From: Lophium mytilinum
Taxonomy: Eukaryota
Direction of reading: 5' to 3'
Assembly (NCBI GenBank): GCA_010093605.1
Contig: MU004183.1
Coordinates: 558,001-622,000, forward strand
Length of the DNA stretch: 64,000 bases
The notes beneath the pieces were generated by a model, which saw only the letters and a program-made list of their open reading frames with translations, made no database searches and was not told the origin of the DNA. Below are positions 36,529 to 48,527 of this stretch, one piece after another (position 1 is the stretch's first letter; every line of letters starts with the position of its first letter). The position numbers and the translations under genes were made by a program.

Positions 36529-38054
36529 CTATTGATCGTCGAGGACGTGGAGGTATTTCTTCTCTTCCCGCTTCTCACGCTCGGTCTGTGGAGGTAGGTC
36601 GTAGAAAGCAGAACTGCGGTAGCCTTTCTATAACGGTGAATCGTGGTTAGCAAGGTTACAAGGATCATTCTTTACACGCTATGGCTTACCAAATATTCGT
36701 ATGTCAAGCTTTTAAGTTCCGCTGGTTCGATATCCAAATCCTTGAAAGTTTTCGCCCTCGGATCAATGGTCTGATCAATGAACTCACGCTCCACCTCATC
36801 GGCAGATCCCACCGGCCACCATAAATACTTGTTCATGAGGCCAGCCGCTGGCTTCCACACCCGCTTGGGAAGGTTGACGTGCCTTCTCGTCTTGACAATC
36901 TCCCGATCAACTAGCTGAGCGATCTCTCCCAGTGAGTAGTTGGTGGGTCCAAACAATTCGTAGGTTTCCGATGCGGTGGTGTCATCGTGGAGCATCTGCT
37001 CGAGCGCCATGCCGACGTCAATGGCGTGCACTGGCCAGAACCGCTCCTCCATCCAGTTCGATGTGATGAAGTTCTTTTGGCCAGCCAACGTATTGAGGAG
37101 ACGGTCCTCGAAGCCAAACATTGGCGCGGGTCGGACGATAGTGGTCTCTGGATAGATGTTGCGAACCGCTTCTTCTCCGTATGCCTGATCTTACATTAGC
37201 AACATCTCACGCTACGAGTACCAGATGTATGAACCTTTGTTCGGTAGAATTCTGAGGGAGAGTTTTTGTTTGCATTGTAGCTGGAAACGTGGACAAATCG
37301 GTCGATGTCGTACTTCGCAACGGCTTCGGCAATTCGTTCAGCACCCTCTACATGGACGTCGTAAAGATCAAAGTTCCTGCATTTTGTCAATTCCGTCTTT
37401 ATGGCAACGTTAATTGACTAACTTTGTAGGATAGTCCCGTCCGATGAGATTGTAAACAATGTCCGAATGCCGTACGCTCTCCTCGATGGACGCTGTATTT
37501 CGAAGGTCCATTTCCTAACCAAGGTCAACATTTGCGCTCCCGATCAGTTTACGGGCGCCTTACAAGGAACACCACTCTTCCCAGGTCCCCGGTAACCTTC
37601 AAATGACGTTTGGCCATGTCCTCTCGGAAGGGAATGACCACCGTGCATCCCGAACGAGCTGCTTGCGGTCAGACGTTATCCATAGCTTCAGCGATCACAT
37701 TCGTACCTAGCCGGTTCACAATATATCTTCCAAGGAAACCGGTAGCTCCGAAGACGGTCGCGGTGTAGCCTATTGATCCAAGGGTGAGCGGAAGCGTTGA
37801 TCCCATGCGCGTCAAGTGGTCATACCTCCGAGTGACGATCTAGAAGAAACATCAGTCATATGCCTTCAGAGTCAGTCTCAATCAACATACCTGCCCCCGG
37901 ACACTGTGAGAATGGGCTTGCCGGTCCTGGTGATCCTGACATCTTCGTTGAGACCCCGCCGGTAAATCTTCGAGACGTTCGGACTGCGGGCGGATGAGGC
38001 CAATGATGAGGTCAGACCAGCACCAGAGCGAGCGCAATGCCTGGGGAACGCCAT
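36529..38054 (-). CDS. NDUFA9: NADH:ubiquinone oxidoreductase 39/40-kDa subunit
   Basis: GGRSSLGGYTATVFGATGFLGRY, HLKVTGDLG, IVYNLIGRDYPTKNF, RPAPMFGFEDR; many introns, including a 14-nt microexon 37826-37839. Confidence 0.95.
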
Positions 38055-38099
38055 GGTCGGGTCAATGCCTTCAGAGAGTAGTGTCAAGGCGTGTGGATT

Positions 38100-38188
38100 G
38101 GAGCTCTCACGTCGTTCGAGGTCGGTTTCGGCGATGGAAAAACACACGCGCCGACCTCTGTGCCAAGACCGATCGCATTCGCGGAGCT
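38100..38188 (+). promoter_or_regulatory. Two GGAGCT motifs upstream of RPN9 (candidate Rpn4-type proteasome element)
   Basis: GGAGCT at 38100-38105 and 38183-38188. This hexamer is the filamentous-ascomycete variant of the proteasome regulon motif, but it is short and chance occurrence is possible. Confidence 0.4.
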
Positions 38189-38325
38189 TCACTTGCCTGT
38201 TCGTCGATGTTGCCAGGACTCCTTCAAAACACCATCTGCCTTCGTACTCACACTGTTCAGCTGTGCTAAATCTCTACATCCCCTCCAACTCTCAAAGATC
38301 CTAGCATCTGGAAAAGCAAAACACC

Positions 38326-39582
38326 ATGGCTATGGACACAGATGCGATTCCCAACCTGCTGGGCGACATGCGGGATGAGGCCCCCGACGACCTCCAGACG
38401 CACTTCATTTCCTTCGAGGACTATTGGGAGAGGAAGCTATGGCACGAGCTTACGGAGGCCTTGTTAGAATATTTCCAGACACCCGCTAGCGCACGACACC
38501 GAATACAGCTATATGACAACTTCATCAAGACCTTTGCCGCGAAGATCAACCAGTTGAAGCTTGTCCAGCTAGGTCTGAGCACAGCTTCATGTTATAGGGG
38601 TGAGAATGAGATACCACAATATGTTACTATGACTACGTACTTACGTCTTCGTAGACAACCAAGAGCGCCTCACCTTCCTCACAGCTCTCGCAGAGAAGGT
38701 CAACAAGCCAGCCTCGCAAGACGCCTACGTATATGCCACTGTGGCAGCAGCAGACATCCAGTTGAAGCTGAAAGAGTATGACGGTGCGCGGAAAAAGCTC
38801 GATGAGTGTGAGAAGATATTAGACACCTTCGACTCGGTGGAGACCGTCGTGCACGCATCCTTCTACCGTGCCAACGCGGACTACTACAAGGTAATAAGCC
38901 CCTTCGAATCTAGCCACATGATGGTATCTAACGTAAGCAGCACAAAATGGACTTTGCAGCCTATTACAAGAACTGCCTCCTCTTCCTCGCCTGCGTCTCT
39001 GTCAACGACCTCACACCTACGGAACGCCAATCGCGCGCCTACGACCTCGCCATCGCCGCTCTCGTCTCCGACAGCATCTACAACTTTGGTGAACTTCTCC
39101 TGCACCCGATTCTGGACACGCTTTCGCACACCCAACACGCCTGGCTAAGAGACCTCCTCTTCGCCTTCAACCGCGGCGACCTCGTCGCCTATGATGTCCT
39201 CGCAGGCAACATCGGCAAGAACGAGTTCCTCCAACAACACCAAACCTTCCTCTACCAGAAGATTTCACTATCCGCGCTCACAGAAACCGTCTTCCGCCGT
39301 CCACCGCACGACCGTGCCATGTCGTTCGCCACCATTTCCGAGGAAACGAAGGTCCAACCCAACGAGATCGAGCATTTGATCATGAAAGCGCTGAGCTTGG
39401 GGCTACTGAGGGGCACGATCGACCAGGTCTCGGAGATAGCGAGGATCAATTGGGTGCAGCCGAAGGTGCTGGATATGAAGCAAATCGAGAATATGCGAGG
39501 GCGGTTGCGTGAGTGGGACTCGAGCGTCAACCAGCTCGGGAACTGGATCGAGGGGGTTGGCAAGGATGTTTGGGCTGCATAA
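38326..39582 (+). CDS. RPN9: 26S proteasome lid subunit Rpn9/PSMD13
   Basis: ERKLWHELT, IYNFGELLLHPIL and PCI domain (EHLIMKALSLGLLRGTIDQV..WVQPKVL); two introns. Confidence 0.95.
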
Positions 39583-40110
39583 GGAGCTGTTGCGGTGCTC
39601 CGTGGCCCGGAAAGACAGGGCTTTGGGAGCATGTATAATCATCCGGAGCGACAGAGCACTTGCTCTGGACCCGGCAGTCCGTCGGTTACGAATAAGAAAG
39701 ATTTAGACTCAAGCTGCTTTTCTACTGCTGTGAACTGTATGCTCAAGCGTGTGTTATTACATTGGACCCTTTCTGGTTCCATGTTCATGAGCCTTTGGGA
39801 TCCACCCTTCTCGATCTAGAGATTAGCTGATACTGAAGCAGACAATCTACGTAGCGTACGGGTTATGTACTCTTCGTGTACAAAAAATAGCAGAAGAACT
39901 CCCCAATCGAACCGCAGCAGTCGAGTCCTTGCCTACGCCGCGTGCACGACAAGGCCCCCACGCCACGTACCCACAAGTCTTCACAAAATTGACTGTGTAG
40001 ACTGGACCCCTTTTCTCGTAATCATGTGACTTATTTCAAATGCATTCCTATGTGTACATATCATACCTACTCGTCTATGTCTTCCCTTTTCATCGCCCTA
40101 ATGTCCACCA

Positions 40111-42202
40111 CTACGCTTTAACACTTTTCGCTTCTACCACCTTACCAAATAACGAGCCCGCCACAACAACACTCTCCGCAAACCACGCCGGCCACCACAC
40201 CAACCACACCACTACCTGCGTCCATAGACCCCACACATGCCAGCCCTCCGCGGCAGCCACTAGCACTGTTCTGAGCTGCGACACGTCGCCGCCGGCCCAG
40301 TAACTCGTTGCGAGAGTAATGACGACTAGAGGATTTACCGCAACTAGGAGGAGCGTTTGCAGCCCGGCTATTGGGCGTGAGGACGTTGGGCGTACGAACG
40401 TCAGAGGTGTGGCGAGGATGCCAACGAGGAAGGCGAGGGAGAAATTGAGGGTTGCGAGCGCGGAGAGGAACATGCCCAGGAGGAGGAGCGATAGGCATTG
40501 TATTAGGATTGTCTCTTGAGCTGAAGGTCGGTAGGGGGAGAGGGAGAGCGCGGAGGCAGTGAGCTGGGGAAGGAGGAGGGTGAGGAAGGTGGTGGCGTGG
40601 AAGGTCAGGGTAAGGGACTGGGGTTGTTAGCTAGACGTTTGGTATAGGGAAGGGGCTGGCGTACGCTTTCTGAGGTGTTGTTGAATATGTAGAGGGGCAG
40701 GAGGCCGAGGAAGTGCGCGCTTCCGACGAAGGCGAGAGGGAGGAAGAGTTTGCGTTCTATGATTGTGAGATATTGTTCTGGGATTAGGGCTACCATGCCG
40801 TCTCTGTCTATGGCTATCATTTTGGGAGCCTCAGAAGGTTTTGTATTGGTTGAGACGGGCGATGGTGGATTGGGGGCTCGGCCACTTTGTACCCATAATG
40901 CGATGGATGTGATAGTAAAGTTTACCGCGATCAGCATGGCGCTGGGAAGGTAGGTCCCAATGCTAACAAAGCGGTTTGCTTGCATAAGAAGGTAGAAGAA
41001 GAAGCTCTGGTGGAGGTGCTCGAGGAGGTTGTTCAAGCTTCGGAACAGACTCTCAACCGTGCGACCCAGCGACATTTCGTCGTGCCAGCCGTCGCCGACA
41101 GTCTGCAGAGTGATGGCATCGACATGATAGGGTATAAAGCTGCTATGAGGGCCGGAAGCGTGACCGAGGCCTTGGCTAATCATTCCTCGGAGCATAGTCT
41201 GGAGACGCGCTTGGTAGGAGTCGTCATGCTTCCACATACGTTGGAGGGTGCAGCCGATGCCCATTTGGCCGCTAGCGATTGATACGGCTGTGTTGAAGAG
41301 GTCGAGATTAGGAAGCTGCCCGTTGATGCCATCATATACGATGTGCAGCTTGTCGAATCGGTGGCCCCATGGTCCAGCTGGGTAATCAATAGCAACAGCT
41401 CCTTGAAGAGCACCACTTTTGATAGAAAGGGGCTCAATTGATGCAGGGGAGTGAGAGTCATGATAGGCGTCTACCCACGCCTGTGGTCCTGCCGTACTGT
41501 CCCCAGCAATCAAGAAGATGATATCTTTGGACCAGAGTGACCATCCTAAAATGTGTTAGTTTAGTTCCATACTTTGATATGAAAACAACGTACTCTTGAA
41601 ATAGCGAGCAAGTGTAAGGACGAGAGCTACTCCGCTGTGATTGATCTCTCCATCCATATTCCTCCAAGCTGCTATGAGTACAATTGCTTCGGTAGCATCC
41701 GCCCGGGGACCTTGCAGGATACCATACACATTCTGGCCAGATATTGTCCGTCCTGAGGCCGAGTACTCGTAGTTCTGAGTCGCAACTTTCAGTCCCGAGG
41801 ACCGCAATATCTCTGCAAGCCTCTGATTTCGCCTGCGAACTCAATGAGTCTACGAAAGCTGAAATCCATGGTAAGGGAATACATACCCCTCTAAAGGCTG
41901 GTGTACCAACTCCGCAACCTCGTGCCGGTACGCCCTGAAGATATTATGCTCGCTCCCAGTGAAGTACGTATGCACCTGGCCAGGTAGCAAGGCATTCTCC
42001 GACACGTAGGTGCCCCTCGAGTACTCTTGTAAGGGCAATACCAGTAGCCATCCTATTCCGACGAGGACGCACAGGGCGGAGAGGTAGGGGGGTATCTTGA
42101 GGAGACGCGCATCGCGGCGGAGAGCGAGGAGTGATGCTATGGACAAATTAGCTGCAGAACAGCTTCCACCATATAAAAGACATAGTTACTTATCAACGAC
42201 AT
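40111..42202 (-). CDS. GAA1: GPI transamidase subunit Gaa1
   Basis: 13-nt first exon (ATG 42202) plus intron 42137-42189; TYVSENALLPGQV, PRADATEA, GQLPNLDLFN, RSLNNLLEHLHQSFFFY; C-terminal TM helices. Confidence 0.93.
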
Positions 42203-42386
42203 GCTCTTCGACCCCTCAACTCATTCATTTCTCGTTGCTGTCAGAAAGCGTGGCTTCGACGTTCACATCGGCGTTTCGTCGGTCCGCCTCCCCAGATTCT
42301 TTTGCGCGCGAAGAACTTGGACGCGCATCATTCCTCTCGCCCTTCTCCAGCACACATCGAGGGCTCCCAGAGCCTTTTCCCCGGCC

Positions 42387-43478
42387 ATGCCGTCCTCTTT
42401 CTTGCAATTCAACCCGCTACGGCTCCGATCCTACATCTTCCGCCTGCCCCTGTGCACGCGCGCGCTCATCTTCGTCATAGTCGCGCTGTGGACGCTGTCG
42501 ATTCCTATCGTCTGGCTGCGGGAATGGGCGGCCCTGATACCGAAAGAAATCGGGCTGGCTTCACGTATGGATTTTTTCTCTCAGTCACCCTGTCGAATCG
42601 TTCCTATATCAGACACGACGTCAACCTCAAAAGACAGGGACCAAGAACTAATTCGCCCCTACCCGCAGTGTACCGGTTGAACACGTTTCCTTTGATGCAC
42701 CTCGGGTTCCTACATCTGATATTTAATGTCCTCGCTTTAACACCTCTACTTGAGCGCTTCGAGGCTGAGAATGGGACCCTACCCACCCTTCTCCTTTTCA
42801 CCGGACGTAAGCATCTTCAATACCGGCCGTAAGGGGCATATCTGATGGGTGACCAGCTTTTGGTCTCATCCCAGGAGCTCTATACACATTGATAGAACGA
42901 GGTGTGTTGAGGAGCAATACCACAATTATGGGTGCAAGGTATGAGCTTGTTTCACTGGACTACGGGAAGTGCGAAGCTGACTGGCGTAGCATATGGGTGT
43001 TCCTCCTGTTGTCGAGCGAAGCCATGAAAACGCACAAGGCGAACCCAAACTTCAGGTATTAGATCTTGAACCCTCATCATATATAGAATGCTAATCCATG
43101 CCCAGCATCGGACCCTACAAAATCCCAACCTGGACCACCCCCCTCATCCTCATCCTCGTCATAAGCTTCTTGGTCCCCAACACCAGCTTCCTAGGACATC
43201 TCTGCGGTGCTGGGCTTGGATACCTATGTATGCTCCCTTGCTCGCCTCCGTCCTCGTTCTGCCTTATGCTTACAATATCAGGGGGCCTCAACTATATAAA
43301 ATTTCTCGTCCCACCAGAGAAGATTCTTCGCTGGATTGAAGGCAAACTCAACTTGCTCGGCCGCCTCCCTCATTACGTCTCCGTCGACCAGAAGACCTAC
43401 GGCCGCTATGGAGTTCTCCCTAGTACCTCCACGATACCGCGGAGTCCGGAGGGCGGAGGAGTGAGATTGGGGCCTTGA
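42387..43478 (+). CDS. RBD2: Rhomboid intramembrane protease Rbd2
   Basis: YRL.TFPLMHLGFLHLIFN, ERFE, GAS catalytic Ser and SFLGHLCG catalytic His; multi-exon. Confidence 0.88.
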
Positions 43479-44415
43479 CCGAAGCTCAATATTTCGTATA
43501 TTAGCAGGATATGTGAGACTTTTTCGAGGAAGTAATTGGGACATGGCTGGTGGCGTTCATGGTGTTCACGCTGTACCAAAAGACTGAGGTTCCGCATTCC
43601 GGGCGTGTTGCTGGGTGGTTCTGGGTTGTATTGGTAATTGCATTAGTGGGAGCGTTGGATTGTGTCTGTGTAAGAGATACGTTGCCAAATTATCAGTATG
43701 TGTACAGTTTACACTATAGACGGTATTTGAAGCCACTGGGGGTTTCCAGAGCTCTGCTTACTGGTTGATATCCGTATTTTGTTCCTATGTCACTTCCGGC
43801 TCTCCTCTGTTACACTCTCTCTGGATCCTCGAAAAGGACTCGAAGAAGTCTCGCAGGTCTAAGGCAGATATTCTTTTCTATTACTACAACCGCGAGAGGA
43901 AACCACTGTGACTCGGAGAGTTTTTACTGATACAAGCTGTACACATCATAGATAGTCTCCGACTCTCAAGTTGCAAACAATTCTAAGTCAGTGAGTCTTC
44001 CAATGCTGTGGGTTGGGATGACGATTGACTGACTATCTAGAACGAATGGCAGGGCACGTGAATGAGATGGCAACGGGCCCTGGCTCAACCATTCGGTGGT
44101 GCTGGTCATCCTTGCTGCCACATCGATTCGATTATTGCGGAGGCACACAGACATGCGAACTCATCAATCTGGAAATATCCCATCTTTCCTTCTCTCTATG
44201 CCAGCTTCTCCGCCTAATCGCGTCCCAAATGGAGCTCTCCATTCACTCGAGAAGCTAGAGGGGAATGCAAGGCTTAGTATCGACGTCTGGAGTTCACACT
44301 GATCGCTAGCGACTACAAATGAATAGGTCTAGCAATAGTGATCGGGCTTTGGAGCATGACTGCAAAGGTGTCTTGCTCCACACCACGGTCGCGTTTTGTG
44401 GAACGGCTACGCCGA

Positions 44416-47400
44416 CTACGACGGCTTCTTGAATAATTCTTTCACATGCCGCCGTATCCGTTGCCGCACTGATTTCTCCTTCCGAGCTGAATTATCTTCT
44501 CCCCTTTCCACCCAATACTCTTCCACCCGGGCACCCTTTTGCTTCAGAGCCTTGATTAGGTCTAGAAGTTCTTCCTTGACATCTTGGTCTTCCGTTGAGG
44601 AAGCGTACCTCTCGTACTCCTCCTGTATGAGACACAATGCGCTTTGCCGGTGATGGTGCCACAGTAAATCTTGTTTCTTTGAAAGTACCCTGTCAACGTA
44701 TGCATTGGGATCCGCGCCGTGCTGCACGAGCAGCTTGAGTATAGCAACCGTGCCTATAGGTTCATGGGTATGCGTGATTAAGGCGTGTTGAAAAGGGCTG
44801 AGACCATTGAATTTCTCATTTGGATCTGCTCCATTATCAAGAAGAATTTGAACAATTCCTGGGTTTATGAAAATTGACAAAGTTGCCCATATAGGTTCGG
44901 GCCTACAAGCGTAAGCGAGGAGGGGTTTTCCTTCCCTCTTTGGAAGTCCATTTTTCTGCTTCTTAATCTTTGCTTCGGTGTACAGTTTTAAGCCACTTCG
45001 GATAGCAAAAAAAAGCATAGTGTCGTGCCAAGGTACCGGCTCCTTGCCATTTTCGTATAGCGTATCGTACCAATTCGAAGCGTATAGCTCTCGGGTCTTG
45101 CCTTTGTGTTCCGTTTCGAAGAAAATCGCCATGGTTTTTGCCATCTCATCCAGTATCTCCTCTTGCGCTGTACCTGTTGATTCTTCTGCCAATTCGGCAA
45201 AGCGCATAGAGGCCATGATGAGTTGCGACCCATCTCTCAGAGGACTCGAAATCCCATTCCCGAAACGATCTTCGGAGCGATGATCTCCTGACGAGCACTT
45301 AAGTCTCATAACCAGTGATTGTAGATTCGCTACGTTGGGATCGAAGCTGGTGTCTTTGGTTGCTTCTCTTATCTCTTCCCAGACTCGTTCTTTTTGTAGG
45401 AAATCCGCAACACTTTTATGTAGGTATTGCACGGGAGCATCTGTTTCTACACTCTCTAACTGCTGTGTTATGTATGTTTTCTCGGTCTGAGAGCTTTCGC
45501 TCTCCTCTCTTGAAATTTGGTTTTGTACTTCTTCGTCCCCTTCCTCTTTTTGCCCTTCTTCGTCGCCAGATCGAAATGACCTGGTTCGCAATGTTGGCAT
45601 TTCAATGAGTCCAGCACAGTGACTTGTTAATCTCATTTTTATCTCATTGTGTCTTCTTTGCAGCTCCGAGGAGGAGAGCGGTGCGATGTTTGCCTCCAAG
45701 ATAGTCCCTCGGCTATATTCTGTGAAAAGCATCCCTATACCGGTTAGTGGTAAGCTCCAGCTCTCGGGCTCAGCTACGCTAACATAGCATCGAAAAACTT
45801 GAAACATCCGAGATGACTGAGTCTTGTAATCTTCAGGGATGTTACGCAACATATGCATAAACAGCTGTTCGAGGTCGCGGGGTAGTTTTCTAAGCCGCCG
45901 GTGCATATCCTCAAGCACATCGTAGTTCTGAAGGCCCACGAGGAGCTCGCGAACGACAAGCTTGACCCAAAGAAAGACGCCAGACGCGGTGTCGACAATC
46001 TCGGTGATCAAGATCTTCGTACCCGCGGCGTCGTCCTCTGCCAGTTCTAACATCCGGGAATGCCCGCTTAGTTTATCGTCAACATACTCTCTTATATCTC
46101 CTTCGGTTAGCTCATGTAAACGCAATTTTGGTTGATCAGAAAATGCTGCCTCAAATGCTGAGAGGGGTCTGCTCGATAATACTGCTTTAACATTTCTGGA
46201 CTTCGTGGCCACGAGAAAGATTTCAGCCAGGTCGATCATGGTGGCATTTGTGGGCTCAAATTCATCTAGCCCGTCGATGAGCATGACGAGCTGGATTGGG
46301 ACGTCCGTCTGAGTCGTCAACTTTTCGAAAGCGCGTCTTAGCTGATGAAACGTTGGAAACTCGTTCCAACTTGCGCCGGGCTCGTACCGCTCGGGAAATA
46401 AAATTGGTCCCAGATCAGGCCTCTGCCTCAACGCATCAAGTACGATGGAGCGAAAAAGACCCTGTTGAGTTTTCTGAGGCTCTGTCCCTGAGTTCCAGAA
46501 ATAGAAAGAAGTCAGCACAAGGGGAGTCTCGCCAGCCCATAGCTCGAGGGCTTGCTTCAATCGGCTATCCTGGTTCAACAACTTCATCAATGTAGATTTT
46601 CCCGAGCCTGCCTTGCCGCTGACCCAATAGACGCCATTCCCCTCTCGAAGCCACTGGCCAAAGTTCGACCAAGGAGCCTGTCTCTTGCTTGGATCATGAA
46701 ACACCCAATCGAAGGTCTTTTGGTGAGCCACAGCAATATCCTCAAAACGGTCCCACTTCTGGTCGAAATTCAGGCGGGCTTTGATGTTACGGAAAACATC
46801 CTGTGGATCTACATCTCGGCTCGTCGTGAAACCTTGCCCTAGAACATGGGGAAGGTTCCTAATCTCAGCTACCGTTTCTGCATGTCTTTGTTCTGCTGTA
46901 ACATCGCTTGCCTTTTGTCGTCGGATCAGTTCGCCTGTCTGTGCCGCAACTATGGCAGCAAGATCGGCCTTGCCATCTAGTATGCATGCCACGATAGTTG
47001 CTGTCGCTTCGTCAAACGACTGCCGACCGACTTCCTTTCGCAAAGCGATTTGGTCGACTGTGTCCTTCATCGAAACCAGAATGCGGAACTGCAGCTCTGC
47101 CCGTATCGCTTCGAGGCGCTCTGCTATCTCCTTGATCTTAGATGAGTTCCACCTCGTTGCAATAGCTAGTTGGAAGGTCTTGAACTTCGTGGTGCCGCCT
47201 TCTATTTGAATTTTGACTAAAACGGCGATCAACTCGTCTGCGATCTTTGCGCATTTATCTGCCAAATTTTCCAACGCCTTGCTCTTATTTAGTGACACGC
47301 TCGACTAGAACTTGAGCAGATTTGCCTACCTGGTTGTCCTGTGGCAATGGGCCCATCGTGGCTGTATCTGGACGTGCCCATAATTTGATTTTGTCATTCA

Positions 47401-47554
47401 GTGAGCTGAGATCGTCGACCACCAGGGCATACTCTGAAGTCCGTATGGTCGAGCCCGACTCGTAGATCTGATATCCCGCCGAGAGCAACTTGGCTGATAA
47501 GTCGACTATTTGAAGAATCCCCGCGGCGAGCCCGAAGGCGGCGAGAGCTTCCAT
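44416..47554 (-). CDS. NACHT/STAND NTPase (fungal NLR-like) with N-terminal helical domain and C-terminal ankyrin-like repeats
   Basis: N-terminus MEALAAFGLAAGILQIVDLSAKLL (SesA/HeLo-like); intron from 47329; TFDW, Walker A GKAGSGKS, Walker B LIDGLDE, SSRP, GVFLWV; two LLxxGADPN repeats. Confidence 0.9.
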
Positions 47555-48527
47555 TTCCTAGTAGGCGCTTTTGACGAGGCTGTGAATGGAGTTGATTCCG
47601 CGAGAGCGGGGCCCGCTGTCCTTTTAAGGTTGTGCGCACGCAGCCTGCAGCCTGGCTTGCTGGCTTGCTGGCCATCCAATGCTACATTGCATGCTTTTTC
47701 CAGCTTAGCCCAGCTGTGACCATAGCTGAGTCTCAGCCTTGTATCTCGATCAGCAACTTGCAGAAGCGAGAGGGACATCGAGCGGATACCTGCTACATGG
47801 GCTGGCAGGCTAGAAAGCTTCGTCTTCATCCTATTTATCTTACTCCTCAGCACAACTACTCTAAAAAGTATCCGCTACTTAGCCTTTGTAGTTTAAAAGA
47901 AGCAGACTGAATCTGAAGTGTACTCATGTGTCCCATGCCTTCGACCGCTCGATAGTCCCAGATATAGCTATCTTAATCCTCACCAGCCTTTCTATTTACC
48001 AAGATAGCACCCTATGAATCTCTTTTTTGGAATCTATCTACCTAGTTGATCTATCCACTTACATACTTTACACGTCCCTGACATTCCTGACAAGTTTCCT
48101 TGATAAGCTCCAAAGTTATTAACATGCTCTTTTATTCGACTTACACCTCTTGATCCCATTCTCTACAATATTTCTGACCTTATTATATTCAATTCAAGGT
48201 CTCACCTGTGTTGCTCACGTTGGTACACCCGTTTCCAGGCCAAGGCCTACTCCACCAAGAAAGGCGCGGCATGAATCGGCGCTAAGATCATGACTAGCGG
48301 GAGGACCCTTATGTTAACCACGGAACTGGAACTGGGCTAAAGACCCTGTGCGAACCTTCACGAGGAAAAGTAATGAAATCAAAACTTCATTCCATTAATA
48401 TCATCCATGCCATCAACAGGCTCGACCGCTAGCAATATGCAACCCCGAAGCCCAACCACCCATGTCACCATCCAGATGCCAGACCAAAACGACGTACAGA
48501 CAAGATAAAAGTGTACAGTGAACGGAA

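Noticed and set aside
42137..42202. Apparent non-AUG (TTG/ATA) start of GAA1
   Set aside because: A 13-nt ATG-containing exon at 42190-42202 and a canonical intron (GTAACT..GCTAAT..TAG) give a normal start, MSLITSLLALRRD.
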